Of a stretch of DNA of 64,000 nucleotides, positions 28,406-36,665 are shown piece after piece (the first letter of the stretch is position 1; each line of letters starts with the position of its first letter). Location of the stretch: contig SICN01000003.1 in the NCBI GenBank assembly GCA_009691405.1, positions 108 to 64,107 of the forward strand. Direction: 5' to 3'. Origin of the DNA: Candidatus Peribacteria bacterium. Lineage in GTDB: Bacteria; Patescibacteriota; Gracilibacteria; Peribacterales; Peribacteraceae. Made by a program: the position numbers and the translations under genes. The notes under the pieces were generated by a model. That model made no database searches and was not told the DNA's origin. It was given only the letters and a program-made list of their open reading frames with translations.

Positions 28406-29163
28406 CATTTTCTCTCGCTGCCGTACTCGGCATTGTCGAGGGAATTTCCGAATTTCTGCCGATCAGTTCGACCGGTCACCTGATCTTGGCGCAGCGTCTT
28501 CTTGGCATGCAACAGACCGAGATACTCAAGAGTTTCGATATCGCAATTCAGTTGGGAGCAATCCTTGCAGTTGTCCTGATCTACGGACGATCGATCAAGC
28601 GAACTCCGAAAGCGTGGCTGCCGATCTTTGTCGCCTTTCTCCCAACGGCGGTCATCGGCTTTCTTCTGCACACGATCGTCAAAACGTATCTTCTCGGAAA
28701 CAGCTCTGTCGTCGTGTGGGCACTCTTCATTGGAGGTCTCTTCATCGTTCTCTTTGAACTGTTGTACAAAAAAGAGACAGGAGCGATACGGTCACTCGAA
28801 GCAATCCCACTGAAAACCGCCTTCGCCATCGGTCTTTGCCAGTCGCTCGCACTCGTACCCGGTGTCTCCCGTTCCGCTGCCACGATCTTCGGGGGCATGC
28901 TCCTCGGAATCGAGAGAAGAACGATCGTCGACTTCAGCTTCCTCCTCGCGATCCCCACGATGGCAGCCGCAACGGGTCTGGATCTTCTGAAATCGGCACA
29001 CCTCTTCAGCACGCATGACGCGGAAATGCTCGGTATCGGCTTCCTTGTGTCATTCGTGACGGCGTACATCGTCATCCGCTGGCTTCTGAAATTCGTGCAG
29101 ACGCACACGTTCACGGTGTTCGGATACGAACGGATCATCGTCGCGATCGTGTTTTGGGTGTAG
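28402..29163 (+). CDS. uppP: Undecaprenyl-diphosphate phosphatase
   Basis: It contains GI.EFLPISSTGHL and the PG.SRS motif (PGVSRSAATI). The start has a 4-nt overlap with dgkA. Confidence 0.9.
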   Translation: MTFSLAAVLGIVEGISEFLPISSTGHLILAQRLLGMQQTEILKSFDIAIQLGAILAVVLIYGRSIKRTPKAWLPIFVAFLPTAVIGFLLHTIVKTYLLGNSSVVVWALFIGGLFIVLFELLYKKETGAIRSLEAIPLKTAFAIGLCQSLALVPGVSRSAATIFGGMLLGIERRTIVDFSFLLAIPTMAAATGLDLLKSAHLFSTHDAEMLGIGFLVSFVTAYIVIRWLLKFVQTHTFTVFGYERIIVAIVFWV

Positions 29164-29174
29164 GTTGCATAAAA

Positions 29175-29297
29175 GCCCTCACTCCGTCCTGCGGGACACC
29201 TCTCTCCAACGTTCCGGAGAGAGGAATATCTGTAATCAAAGAAAGCGCGTGCTCCCCCTTCTCCAGATTGCTGGAGAAGGGGCAAGGGGATGAGGGC
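29175..29297. repeat. Cluster of GC-rich palindromic REP-like units filling the uppP / SLH-protein convergent spacer
   Basis: Outer inverted ends are gccctca...tgagggc. Two internal palindromes are present, cctctctcc-N8-ggagagagg and cccttctccag-attg-ctggagaaggg. Confidence 0.75.
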
Positions 29298-30760
29298 TAT
29301 AAGTTGATCGTAATCGTCGCACTACTCGGATCCGCAAGTGTCGTTCCTCCCGACGGACTCGTAAGAATCAAGTTCACGGTCTTCCCGCCCGTCGAATTGC
29401 CATTGGTCAAAATAGAGACGGTGAACGTCTTGCTGATTTCGTTGGCAGCGAACGTGAGGGTGCCGCTCACTGGCGTATAATCGACGCCGGACGCACCCGA
29501 ACCGCCGTTCGTTGCATAGTTCACGGTAACCGCTCTGACGCCAAGAACATGGTTGACCGTGATCGTCGCAACCCCCTGACTCATGGTGACGGCATACGCA
29601 TTGGTGCTGAACTTGAGGGATCCGGAACCGATCGGCACACCTTCGTCATCGTTGATGGTGACATTCGCAGCACCGATGCCAAGCGCCGATCCTCCGGTCG
29701 GACTCGACAAATTCACGCTAAACGACCGATTGCCTTCGATGCTGCTATTATTCGTGATGGAAACGGTGAATGTCTTGGTTGTTTCACCGGCAGCGAATGC
29801 AAAAGTGCCGCTTGTGGTCGTATAATCGGCACCGGGAGTCGCCGACGCATTCGTCGTCGTATAATTCACCCCAACCGCCGTTGTCGTGATGCCGGATCTG
29901 ACGACCGTCACCGTCATGCTGCCTCCGTTTTCGGCGACCCCGTACGCATTCGAGCTCAGGGAGATCGTCGTCGCTGCCCCGGCGCTCGAGGAAGACGAAG
30001 AAGCAGTCGGAAGCGGTGCATTCGGATCGTTGATATTGAGAATGACATTCGCTGGGTTCGAAATGCCGACGGCGCCCTTGGCGTTTTTCAACACAAGATT
30101 GACCGTCTTGGTTCCGGTCGTCGACGAATCGTTCATGATCACCATCGTGATTTTCTTACTGGTTTCCTTTGTGCCAAAAGAAAGAGTCCCCGAAAGCGGT
30201 TGGTAGTTCTTTCCGGCGACCGCAGTCCCGCCGCTGAATGAATAATCAACGGAACCCGCTCCTTGGTTTCCGCCGGTTCTCGCAACAATGATCGTGATCT
30301 GTCCTGTCGCGACGTTCTTGTAGACGTTGTAACCGTTCGCATCGAAGTGCACGTATCCTCCGGCACTGTACGGCAGACTGGAACTGGTTGCATTCGATGA
30401 TGAACTGCTCGAACTGGCGACACTGGAACTGGAAGACGATGAAGAGCTCTGGACGCTCGAAGACACCGAACTCGAAACCGCCGGCGTTGTTCCTTTCATC
30501 TCGTCTCTGAGACGTTTGAAGAGCACGGCGATCTGCGCGCGCGTCACGGGCTCATTCGGACCGAATTTCTCGCTGCTTAACCCCTTGATGATACCAAGCT
30601 GATGCATCTCCCCGATCGCATCGTCTGCAAAATGTCCAACAGGCACATCACGAAACACCGTTGACCCTTTGAATGCGGCCCCAAGCTGGCTGATGCCGAC
30701 ACCGAACACGGTACCTGCGAGGAAGACTGCAGGAATGGAGCGGAGAAACAGTTTCTTCAT
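29297..30760 (-). CDS. Cell-surface protein: signal peptide, SLH domain, Ser-rich linker, repeated Calx-beta domains
   Basis: The SLH-like segment is FRDVPVGHFADDAIGEM..GIIKG...TRAQIAVLF. A poly-Ser tract follows. At least three repeats match the Calx-beta pattern G.DY....GTL.F...E..KT.TV.I. Confidence 0.75.
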   Translation of the reverse strand: MKKLFLRSIPAVFLAGTVFGVGISQLGAAFKGSTVFRDVPVGHFADDAIGEMHQLGIIKGLSSEKFGPNEPVTRAQIAVLFKRLRDEMKGTTPAVSSSVSSSVQSSSSSSSSSVASSSSSSSNATSSSLPYSAGGYVHFDANGYNVYKNVATGQITIIVARTGGNQGAGSVDYSFSGGTAVAGKNYQPLSGTLSFGTKETSKKITMVIMNDSSTTGTKTVNLVLKNAKGAVGISNPANVILNINDPNAPLPTASSSSSSAGAATTISLSSNAYGVAENGGSMTVTVVRSGITTTAVGVNYTTTNASATPGADYTTTSGTFAFAAGETTKTFTVSITNNSSIEGNRSFSVNLSSPTGGSALGIGAANVTINDDEGVPIGSGSLKFSTNAYAVTMSQGVATITVNHVLGVRAVTVNYATNGGSGASGVDYTPVSGTLTFAANEISKTFTVSILTNGNSTGGKTVNLILTSPSGGTTLADPSSATITINL

Positions 30761-30855
30761 AGCTCACATTGTGTGTTCAGTCCAATGTCAAAGCAATTGT
30801 GAAAGTGTCGGAATTGTTCGACAATAAGCCTTCATTGGCATAAAATATAGCCCTA

Positions 30856-31080
30856 ATGAAAAGCATCATTCAATTTCGGGTCTCAAAAGGCGAAAAGAAG
30901 TACATCGCTGAGTGCATGGATCTTCCGATCGTGACCGAAGCTGATACGCTTGACCAGCTCTCGCAGAAAATCCAAGAAGCACTGACGTTACACATGGAAG
31001 ATGAGGATTTTTCAAATGAATTCACTTCCTCGCCGTCCGTCCTTGTGAGCTTCGAACTCCCTGTGCACGCGCATGCCTAA
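30856..31080 (+). CDS. hicB: HicB-like antitoxin (short form, no obvious DNA-binding extension)
   Basis: At 74 aa the pattern is ...YIAECMDLPIVTEADTLDQL...IQEAL.LHME. It overlaps the hicA start by 8 nt. Confidence 0.7.
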   Translation: MKSIIQFRVSKGEKKYIAECMDLPIVTEADTLDQLSQKIQEALTLHMEDEDFSNEFTSSPSVLVSFELPVHAHA

Positions 31081-31315
31081 GCTGCGCGTCCTTTCCGGGA
31101 AAGATGTTGTGGCAATCCTGGAAACATTCGGCTTCGCCGTCGAACGTCAGCGCGGAAGTCATGTGAAACTGCGAAGACTGCAGAACGGAGCAAGACAAAC
31201 TTTGACCATTCCTCTTCATACAGAATTGGATAAAGGTACTCTGCGTGCAATCTATCATCAGATTCTGCGGTACATTCCAGAAAAAGATATACGTCTACAC
31301 GTGTACACTGAGTGA
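31073..31315 (+). CDS. hicA: HicA-family mRNA interferase toxin
   Basis: At 80 aa it has LSGKDVVAILE.FGF...RQRGSHVKLRR.....TIPLH.ELDKGTLRAI, typical of HicA/YcfA. Confidence 0.8.
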   Translation: MPKLRVLSGKDVVAILETFGFAVERQRGSHVKLRRLQNGARQTLTIPLHTELDKGTLRAIYHQILRYIPEKDIRLHVYTE

Positions 31316-33003
31316 GTATGCAGACTGTTTGCCAAAACCAATGGTGCAAGCAGCAATTCGAGGTCACCGATGATGATTTGGCGTTCTACGAGAAAGTCTC
31401 GCCAGAATTCAGTGGCAAGAAATATACAATTCCCCCACCAACGCTCTGCCCGGATTGTCGCAGTCGGCGACGCATGGCATGGCGCAATGAACGATTCCTC
31501 TCTCTGCGACCCTGCGGGCTTTGTCATAAAACGAAAGTATCAATGTTTGCTCCGGATGCTCCGTACCATGCCTATTGCTCGGATTGTTTCTACGGTGATC
31601 GGTGGGATCCTCTCTCCTACGGGCGCGATTACGATTTTTCAAAAAGTTTTCATACGAACATTGAAGGACTTCTGTCTGATGTGCCGCTCATGATGCTGTA
31701 TCAAGCGGGAGTAAATGAAAATTGTGATTTCACGAACTACTTTGGTCCCGAATCGCGCAATTGCTATCTCATGTACAACAGTGGACGCGATGAAGATTGC
31801 TGTTATTCCCGCGGACTCATTGAGTCCAAATCATGCATCGACATGCTCATTGGAAATGGAAATCAATTTTGTTATGAGTGCGTGAATGCAAGTGATTGCT
31901 ATCACACTTCGTTTTCTCAAAACGTTGCGCAATGCGTGGAGAGTGCATTTCTCTTCAATTGCCGTCATTGCACACACTGCTTCGGCTGTACGAATTTAGT
32001 ACAAAAGGAATATTACCTTTTCAACAAGCCGTGTACGCCCGCAGAATTCGAGTCCGAAATGTCGCAATTGTCATCGGCATCGTTCGTAGCCGACATGCGA
32101 ACAAAACTTTCAGATCTCCGATTGCGCTGCATCCATCGCGAGAACAACAATGTAAACATAGAACACTGTACGGGCGATTATCTTATCAATTCCAAAAACT
32201 GCATCGATTGCTACGAATCGAAGGGTTCCGAGGACTGCAAGCGCATTCTATGCTCCAAGCTTGTCAAGGATTCTCATGACCTCTTCGGATTTGGGTACGA
32301 TTCGCAGCTACTGTACGACTGCGTTGGCACGGGACTCAGCACCTCAGTCGCGTTCACATGGATTTGCACGTCCACGTCGAATCTGTATTACTCCCTGCAC
32401 TGCGACAACATCCACAACTGCTTCGGATGCATCAGCGTACGGCTCAAACAGTATTGCATTCTGAATAAACAATACACGAAGGAAGAGTATGAAGCGCTTG
32501 TAGGGAAAATCATTACGGCTATGAGTGCAGCAGGTGAATGGGGTGAGTGGCTTCCGTGGCATATGAGTCCTTTTGCCTACAATGAAACGGTGGCTCAGGA
32601 ATTTCTTCCGCTCAAGAAACAGGAAGCGACGGTCATGGGATTTCGATGGAATGAAACTGCGCTACCGCCACCAGTTGCTAACAAAACAATCCGCGGATCC
32701 AGTCTTCCTGATACGATCGAAGAAATTCCCGATGATGTCCTAGAGTGGGCGATTGTCTGTGAGAACACTGCGAAACCATTCAAGCTCACTAAACAAGAAT
32801 TAGATTTCTATCGAGCAAGGCATCTTCCGGTCCCTCGTCTCCACCCAGATGAGAGGCATAAGAGACGCATGGCACTCAGAAATCCCTGCAAGCTGTGGAA
32901 GCGCGAATGTATGAAGTGCAGAAAACCGATTGAAACAAGCTACAGCCCAGACAGACCGGAGATTGTGTACTGCGAGCGTTGCTATCTTGAAACAGTGTAC
33001 TAA
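31312..33003 (+). CDS. Cys-rich protein with N- and C-terminal zinc-ribbon/FY modules flanking a Cys-repeat core; function unknown
   Basis: The N-terminus reads C..WC..F.VTDDDLAFYEK...CPDCRSRRRMAWRNER...C..C. The C-terminus reads F.LTKQELDFYRA...RHKRRMALRN...C.KC...YCERCY. The core has many CxxC and C-x-C spacings. The GTG at 31312 overlaps the hicA stop, and ATG 31318 is the alternative start. Confidence 0.65.
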   Translation: MSMQTVCQNQWCKQQFEVTDDDLAFYEKVSPEFSGKKYTIPPPTLCPDCRSRRRMAWRNERFLSLRPCGLCHKTKVSMFAPDAPYHAYCSDCFYGDRWDPLSYGRDYDFSKSFHTNIEGLLSDVPLMMLYQAGVNENCDFTNYFGPESRNCYLMYNSGRDEDCCYSRGLIESKSCIDMLIGNGNQFCYECVNASDCYHTSFSQNVAQCVESAFLFNCRHCTHCFGCTNLVQKEYYLFNKPCTPAEFESEMSQLSSASFVADMRTKLSDLRLRCIHRENNNVNIEHCTGDYLINSKNCIDCYESKGSEDCKRILCSKLVKDSHDLFGFGYDSQLLYDCVGTGLSTSVAFTWICTSTSNLYYSLHCDNIHNCFGCISVRLKQYCILNKQYTKEEYEALVGKIITAMSAAGEWGEWLPWHMSPFAYNETVAQEFLPLKKQEATVMGFRWNETALPPPVANKTIRGSSLPDTIEEIPDDVLEWAIVCENTAKPFKLTKQELDFYRARHLPVPRLHPDERHKRRMALRNPCKLWKRECMKCRKPIETSYSPDRPEIVYCERCYLETVY

Positions 33004-33040
33004 TCTGAAAAATCCATTACTCGCACAAGCGGAAGCGAAG

Positions 33041-33077
33041 CCCTCCGTAGCTCCGCCTCAGCGGAGCGAAGGATGGG
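33041..33077. repeat. Hairpin repeat family 2, copy A
   Basis: The sequence is ccctccgtagctccgc-ctca-gcggagcgaaggatggg. It is nearly identical to 56029..56065. Confidence 0.7.
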
Positions 33078-33201
33078 TGAGGAATGCTATTTGAAGGAGG
33101 TATACTGAAAGATTCTCAAAACACGCGGGTAGAATACCCGCTCCTGTTCATGAAAATATTCCATAAACGGAGCGCCCGTTCGGGGCGCGTATGAAGCAAA
33201 A

Positions 33202-35991
33202 TTAGGCAATATTCTTCTTTGCCTCTGCCTCGATCATCGCCTTGCTTGGCGGTGGGACGCCGCCTGATTTCTCGAGCTTCTTCTCAAGATCTTTTATTTT
33301 CCCCTCTTCTTCACCTGATAACTTCTCGGTAATTGCTTTCTTTCGAAGGGCATTAAAATCGTTCGTCCACATCTCTCGATCCCGCCATGCACGGTACTCA
33401 TCGAGCTTCATGCCTTTCTTCTTCGCTTTCTCGCGCTCTTCCGTTTCTTTTTCTTTACTCTTCCCTGCTTTCACCGCAACCATACGACCTTCCTTGGCAC
33501 TCTCGAGCCAACGGCCGATCTTATCTTCGACCACCGAACGCTTCTCGCAGTACCGCTCCCTGGATGCTCGCCGAATCACCGTCACGCGGCTCTCGTCTTG
33601 TTTGAAATCGGGAGGCGGAAGCGTTGAGACCGAGAAAGGTTTGCTCGCCATTCCGTTCACCATCAGACGCAGGTATGCGTGAAACTTCGGAAGACTGAGG
33701 ATGTCTTTCGGCGCAACCATCTCTTCAAACTGCAGACTCAGCTCTTCACTGTCTTCGGCACCGACCTGGAAACACACCATCGAACCGACGTTGCCGAACA
33801 CCGCGTCTTTGAGAGCGGAGTTGTTGCCGCTATCACCGATCATCAGCTGGCCGATGTACTGGTTTGCCAGCGTCAGATTAAGACGATACTTCCTCGCTTC
33901 ACTCAAAATCGTCGCGAACGATTCGGTTGCGAAATTCTGGAACTCGTCGACGTAGAGATAGAAATCTCTTCGCTGTTTCTCCGGAATATCGGTCCTACTC
34001 ATGGCATCGAGCTGAAATTTCGTCACGAGCATGGATCCGAGGAACGCGGAATTGTCCTCACCGAGATTTCCCTTGCTCAAGTTCACGAGAATGATCTTCC
34101 CGCTGTCCATCGCTTCACGAACGGAGAATTTGCTGATCGTCTGTCCCACGATATTCCTGATCATCGGCACGGACAAAAGCTGACCGATCTTGTTCTGAAT
34201 CGCAGCAATCGCTTCGGTTCTGTACTTCTCGGACCAATGTGCGTACTCATCCTCCCAGAAACTCTTCACAAGACGATCCTCGAGGTGCGACACGATTTTG
34301 GCACGGAACGCATCATCGGAGAATATCCGGAGAATGCCCATCATCGAGTTGCCGGGCGATTCGATGAGTGCCAAGAGCGTATTCCGAAGGATGTGTTCCA
34401 TGCGCCCGCTCCACACATCGGGCCAAAGCTTGGTGAACACGCTCATGAGACCCGACACCACAAGCGGATACTGATCGGGGCCCGAACAACTGAGCATGTT
34501 GAAGCTCAGAGGGAATTCTTTGTCGGCGGGATCGAAGAGAATCACGTCATTCGTCCGCTCCGGAGGAATGAACCGGAGCACCGCTTCGATCAGATCGCCA
34601 TGAGGATCGATGACCGCAACGCCTTTTCCGCCGTGCACATCGGAGAAGATCATATTCTCAAGCAGTGTCGATTTTCCCATACCGGTCTTTCCGATGATGT
34701 ACATGTGACGCCGTCGGTCATCAGGACGTATGCCGAACTTTATTCTCCGACCCCTGAAAACAGCTTCACCGAGGAGCGTGAGGTTGGCTTCCCCTCCCCC
34801 CTCGGGGGAGGGGCCAGGGGTGGGGGCGGTGGGCAAGTCCACCGGCGGCTCCAGTTTTTTACTCATCACCCAATCGATATTCGGGGTCTTGACGAGCACG
34901 TTCGGGAAATGCCACAGAGTAGCGATTTCCTCAACGGATAAGGCATACGGAAGAATCGTGAACACTGGCTTCAATGAGAGGCTCCTGCGAATCGCCGTTG
35001 CGCGAAAACCATTGCAGTTCGGCAAAGAAAACTGCCGGAAACTGCTCAGTATTTCTTGCACTTTGTGCTCGGCACTCGCCGTCTGATCGTCGGGGACAAT
35101 CACAGAAAGATGCACGTTGCTCACAAACATCAATCGGTTCACTTTGTCGATGATCGCCGCAACCGGATCCTCGGATTCATGGCTTCTGCGAGCCGCTTTC
35201 AAGATGTCTTCGTGCGTGTCCATGTCATGCTCCGCCTTCCCACCACCTTCCTCGGAAGGGAGTGCAAGTGAGAACCATAGGCGGACACCACCGAAAAGGA
35301 TCTTGAGCGGAAAGTACGCGACTCGCCGCCAGCCGCGAGCGAGATGGATGATGGCAAGAAACTTCGCATACCATGAAAATTTCTTTGCAAGGCCCTTCTC
35401 CATCAGCGGCAGAAATTTGAGCACTCGTTTCCTGAACTTGGATTTGAGCGGTCGAAAGACAATCTGCACGTGTCCGCGCATCCGTGGATCCGGATAGCGA
35501 ACAAGCGTCGAGGTGATGCCGGCGATCGAATCGATCGTCTGACGCGCAAGCATGTCATCGAACTGCGGGTGACGTTTGATCGGAAAAATCTCATGCTTAC
35601 TCAGGTACAGATCCGTGGTGAGGACGGTTTCACCTTGCTTCGGTTCCAATTCTTTCGGATCCATTTCCTCGATGTCGATATCCGGATACTGCGCATAGAG
35701 TTGGCTTTCGAGAAGCGGAAGCGACTTCCTCGTGCCACGCACAAAAAAACAAATTTTTCCCTGATATGAACCGATCTCGAAGCTGATGAGACCGTCTATA
35801 CCCTTGAGAGAATGCAACGCCGAGATCGCAGGCTCGATGTGCAGAGGTCCTCGAGACGCATTCTTGTCCTCCGGATCGGGTAAAGCAGGACGGATGCGGA
35901 GGAGAGCCAGATCTGATGGAGACGTTGTTATTGGTGAGAGTGAGAAATTAGTCGCGAATGAGATCTGCAACCATCTGCAATGCTGCGGCAT
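33202..35991 (-). CDS. VirD4/TraD/TraG-like (type IV coupling protein-like) P-loop ATPase with a large N-terminal domain and a Lys/Glu-rich tail
   Basis: The Walker A is IIGKTGMGKST and the Walker B-like motif is FYLYVDEFQNFAT, with a following ARKYRL..TLANQ block. The start is uncertain. ATG 35991 or 36000 overlaps the hrcA 3' end by 44 or 53 nt, and the next canonical start is TTG 35817. Confidence 0.7.
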   Translation of the reverse strand: MPQHCRWLQISFATNFSLSPITTSPSDLALLRIRPALPDPEDKNASRGPLHIEPAISALHSLKGIDGLISFEIGSYQGKICFFVRGTRKSLPLLESQLYAQYPDIDIEEMDPKELEPKQGETVLTTDLYLSKHEIFPIKRHPQFDDMLARQTIDSIAGITSTLVRYPDPRMRGHVQIVFRPLKSKFRKRVLKFLPLMEKGLAKKFSWYAKFLAIIHLARGWRRVAYFPLKILFGGVRLWFSLALPSEEGGGKAEHDMDTHEDILKAARRSHESEDPVAAIIDKVNRLMFVSNVHLSVIVPDDQTASAEHKVQEILSSFRQFSLPNCNGFRATAIRRSLSLKPVFTILPYALSVEEIATLWHFPNVLVKTPNIDWVMSKKLEPPVDLPTAPTPGPSPEGGGEANLTLLGEAVFRGRRIKFGIRPDDRRRHMYIIGKTGMGKSTLLENMIFSDVHGGKGVAVIDPHGDLIEAVLRFIPPERTNDVILFDPADKEFPLSFNMLSCSGPDQYPLVVSGLMSVFTKLWPDVWSGRMEHILRNTLLALIESPGNSMMGILRIFSDDAFRAKIVSHLEDRLVKSFWEDEYAHWSEKYRTEAIAAIQNKIGQLLSVPMIRNIVGQTISKFSVREAMDSGKIILVNLSKGNLGEDNSAFLGSMLVTKFQLDAMSRTDIPEKQRRDFYLYVDEFQNFATESFATILSEARKYRLNLTLANQYIGQLMIGDSGNNSALKDAVFGNVGSMVCFQVGAEDSEELSLQFEEMVAPKDILSLPKFHAYLRLMVNGMASKPFSVSTLPPPDFKQDESRVTVIRRASRERYCEKRSVVEDKIGRWLESAKEGRMVAVKAGKSKEKETEEREKAKKKGMKLDEYRAWRDREMWTNDFNALRKKAITEKLSGEEEGKIKDLEKKLEKSGGVPPPSKAMIEAEAKKNIA
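34785..34835. repeat. REP-like GC palindrome embedded in frame in the ATPase CDS
   Basis: The sequence cccctccccc-ctc-gggggagggg is followed by ccaggggtggggg. It encodes PTPGPSPEGGGEA on the minus strand and has the same architecture as the intergenic units at 29247..29297 and 55579..55622. Confidence 0.7.
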
Positions 35992-36655
35992 TGTAGGCAT
36001 AATCCATGCGAACGGGACCGAGGATGCCGATGGCACCGGTCTCGCCTCGAATACGATACTTCGTGACAAGCATGCTGCAACTTGCAAATTGAGTGCAGAG
36101 ATCTTTCTCGCCGACAAAATACTGCACGCTCTCGTCGAGATCGATGTGATCGATAAGGCTCGCGAGCCGCTTCTCAAGCACTTCGATAACGCCGCTCACA
36201 AAACGACTGTCCGCCATGAACTCCGGCTGCTGCATCGCATTCGAGAGCCCCAAGTACGACACTTCGTCGCGATGCGGAACGGTGGCGAAACTCACGTTCG
36301 GAATCATGTTCGAGAGCATCGCGACGGCTTCGTATGCGCGCTCACGGTCTTTGTGCTGGAAGTATTGCTCCTTCAGCTCCGTAAACCGGGCCCTGACCGC
36401 ACGCTCGTGGCTTGTGGGTTTCATGAACTGCTGCACATACATGCGATACCCCTGCACGGTCGGGATGCGCCCGGCAGACGTGTGCGGCTGCTCGATGAAT
36501 CCTTCCTCCCCGAGCACTCGCATCTCATTCCTGATCGTGGCTCCGGAAACCGGAAAGAGCCCACGCTCAATGATATGATGAGATCCGACAGGGATGGCCG
36601 TCTCGATGAACTGATCGATGATCGCCGTGAGAAGCTTCGCCTGACGGATGTTCAT
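35948..36655 (-). CDS. hrcA: Heat-inducible transcription repressor HrcA (short form)
   Basis: The N-terminal winged-helix region is R..LL.AII..FI.TA.PVGS, followed by SGATIRNEM..LE..G.I.QPHTSAGRIPT. I chose the ATG at 36655. Confidence 0.8.
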   Translation of the reverse strand: MNIRQAKLLTAIIDQFIETAIPVGSHHIIERGLFPVSGATIRNEMRVLGEEGFIEQPHTSAGRIPTVQGYRMYVQQFMKPTSHERAVRARFTELKEQYFQHKDRERAYEAVAMLSNMIPNVSFATVPHRDEVSYLGLSNAMQQPEFMADSRFVSGVIEVLEKRLASLIDHIDLDESVQYFVGEKDLCTQFASCSMLVTKYRIRGETGAIGILGPVRMDYAYNAAALQMVADLIRD

Positions 36656-36665
36656 ACGATAGATT

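Noticed and set aside
33679-34941. Long antisense ORFs opposite well-supported genes. Examples are 33679..34941 (+), 37793..39121 (+), 41160..42326 (+), 47640..48767 (+), 43087..44430 (+) and 58446..59243 (-).
   Set aside because: Each lies entirely within a confidently identified gene on the other strand (ATPase, gyrA, M23 peptidase, purP, pgi, tig). Their translations are Arg/His-rich and low in complexity, with no motifs. These are typical shadow ORFs of moderately GC-rich coding DNA.
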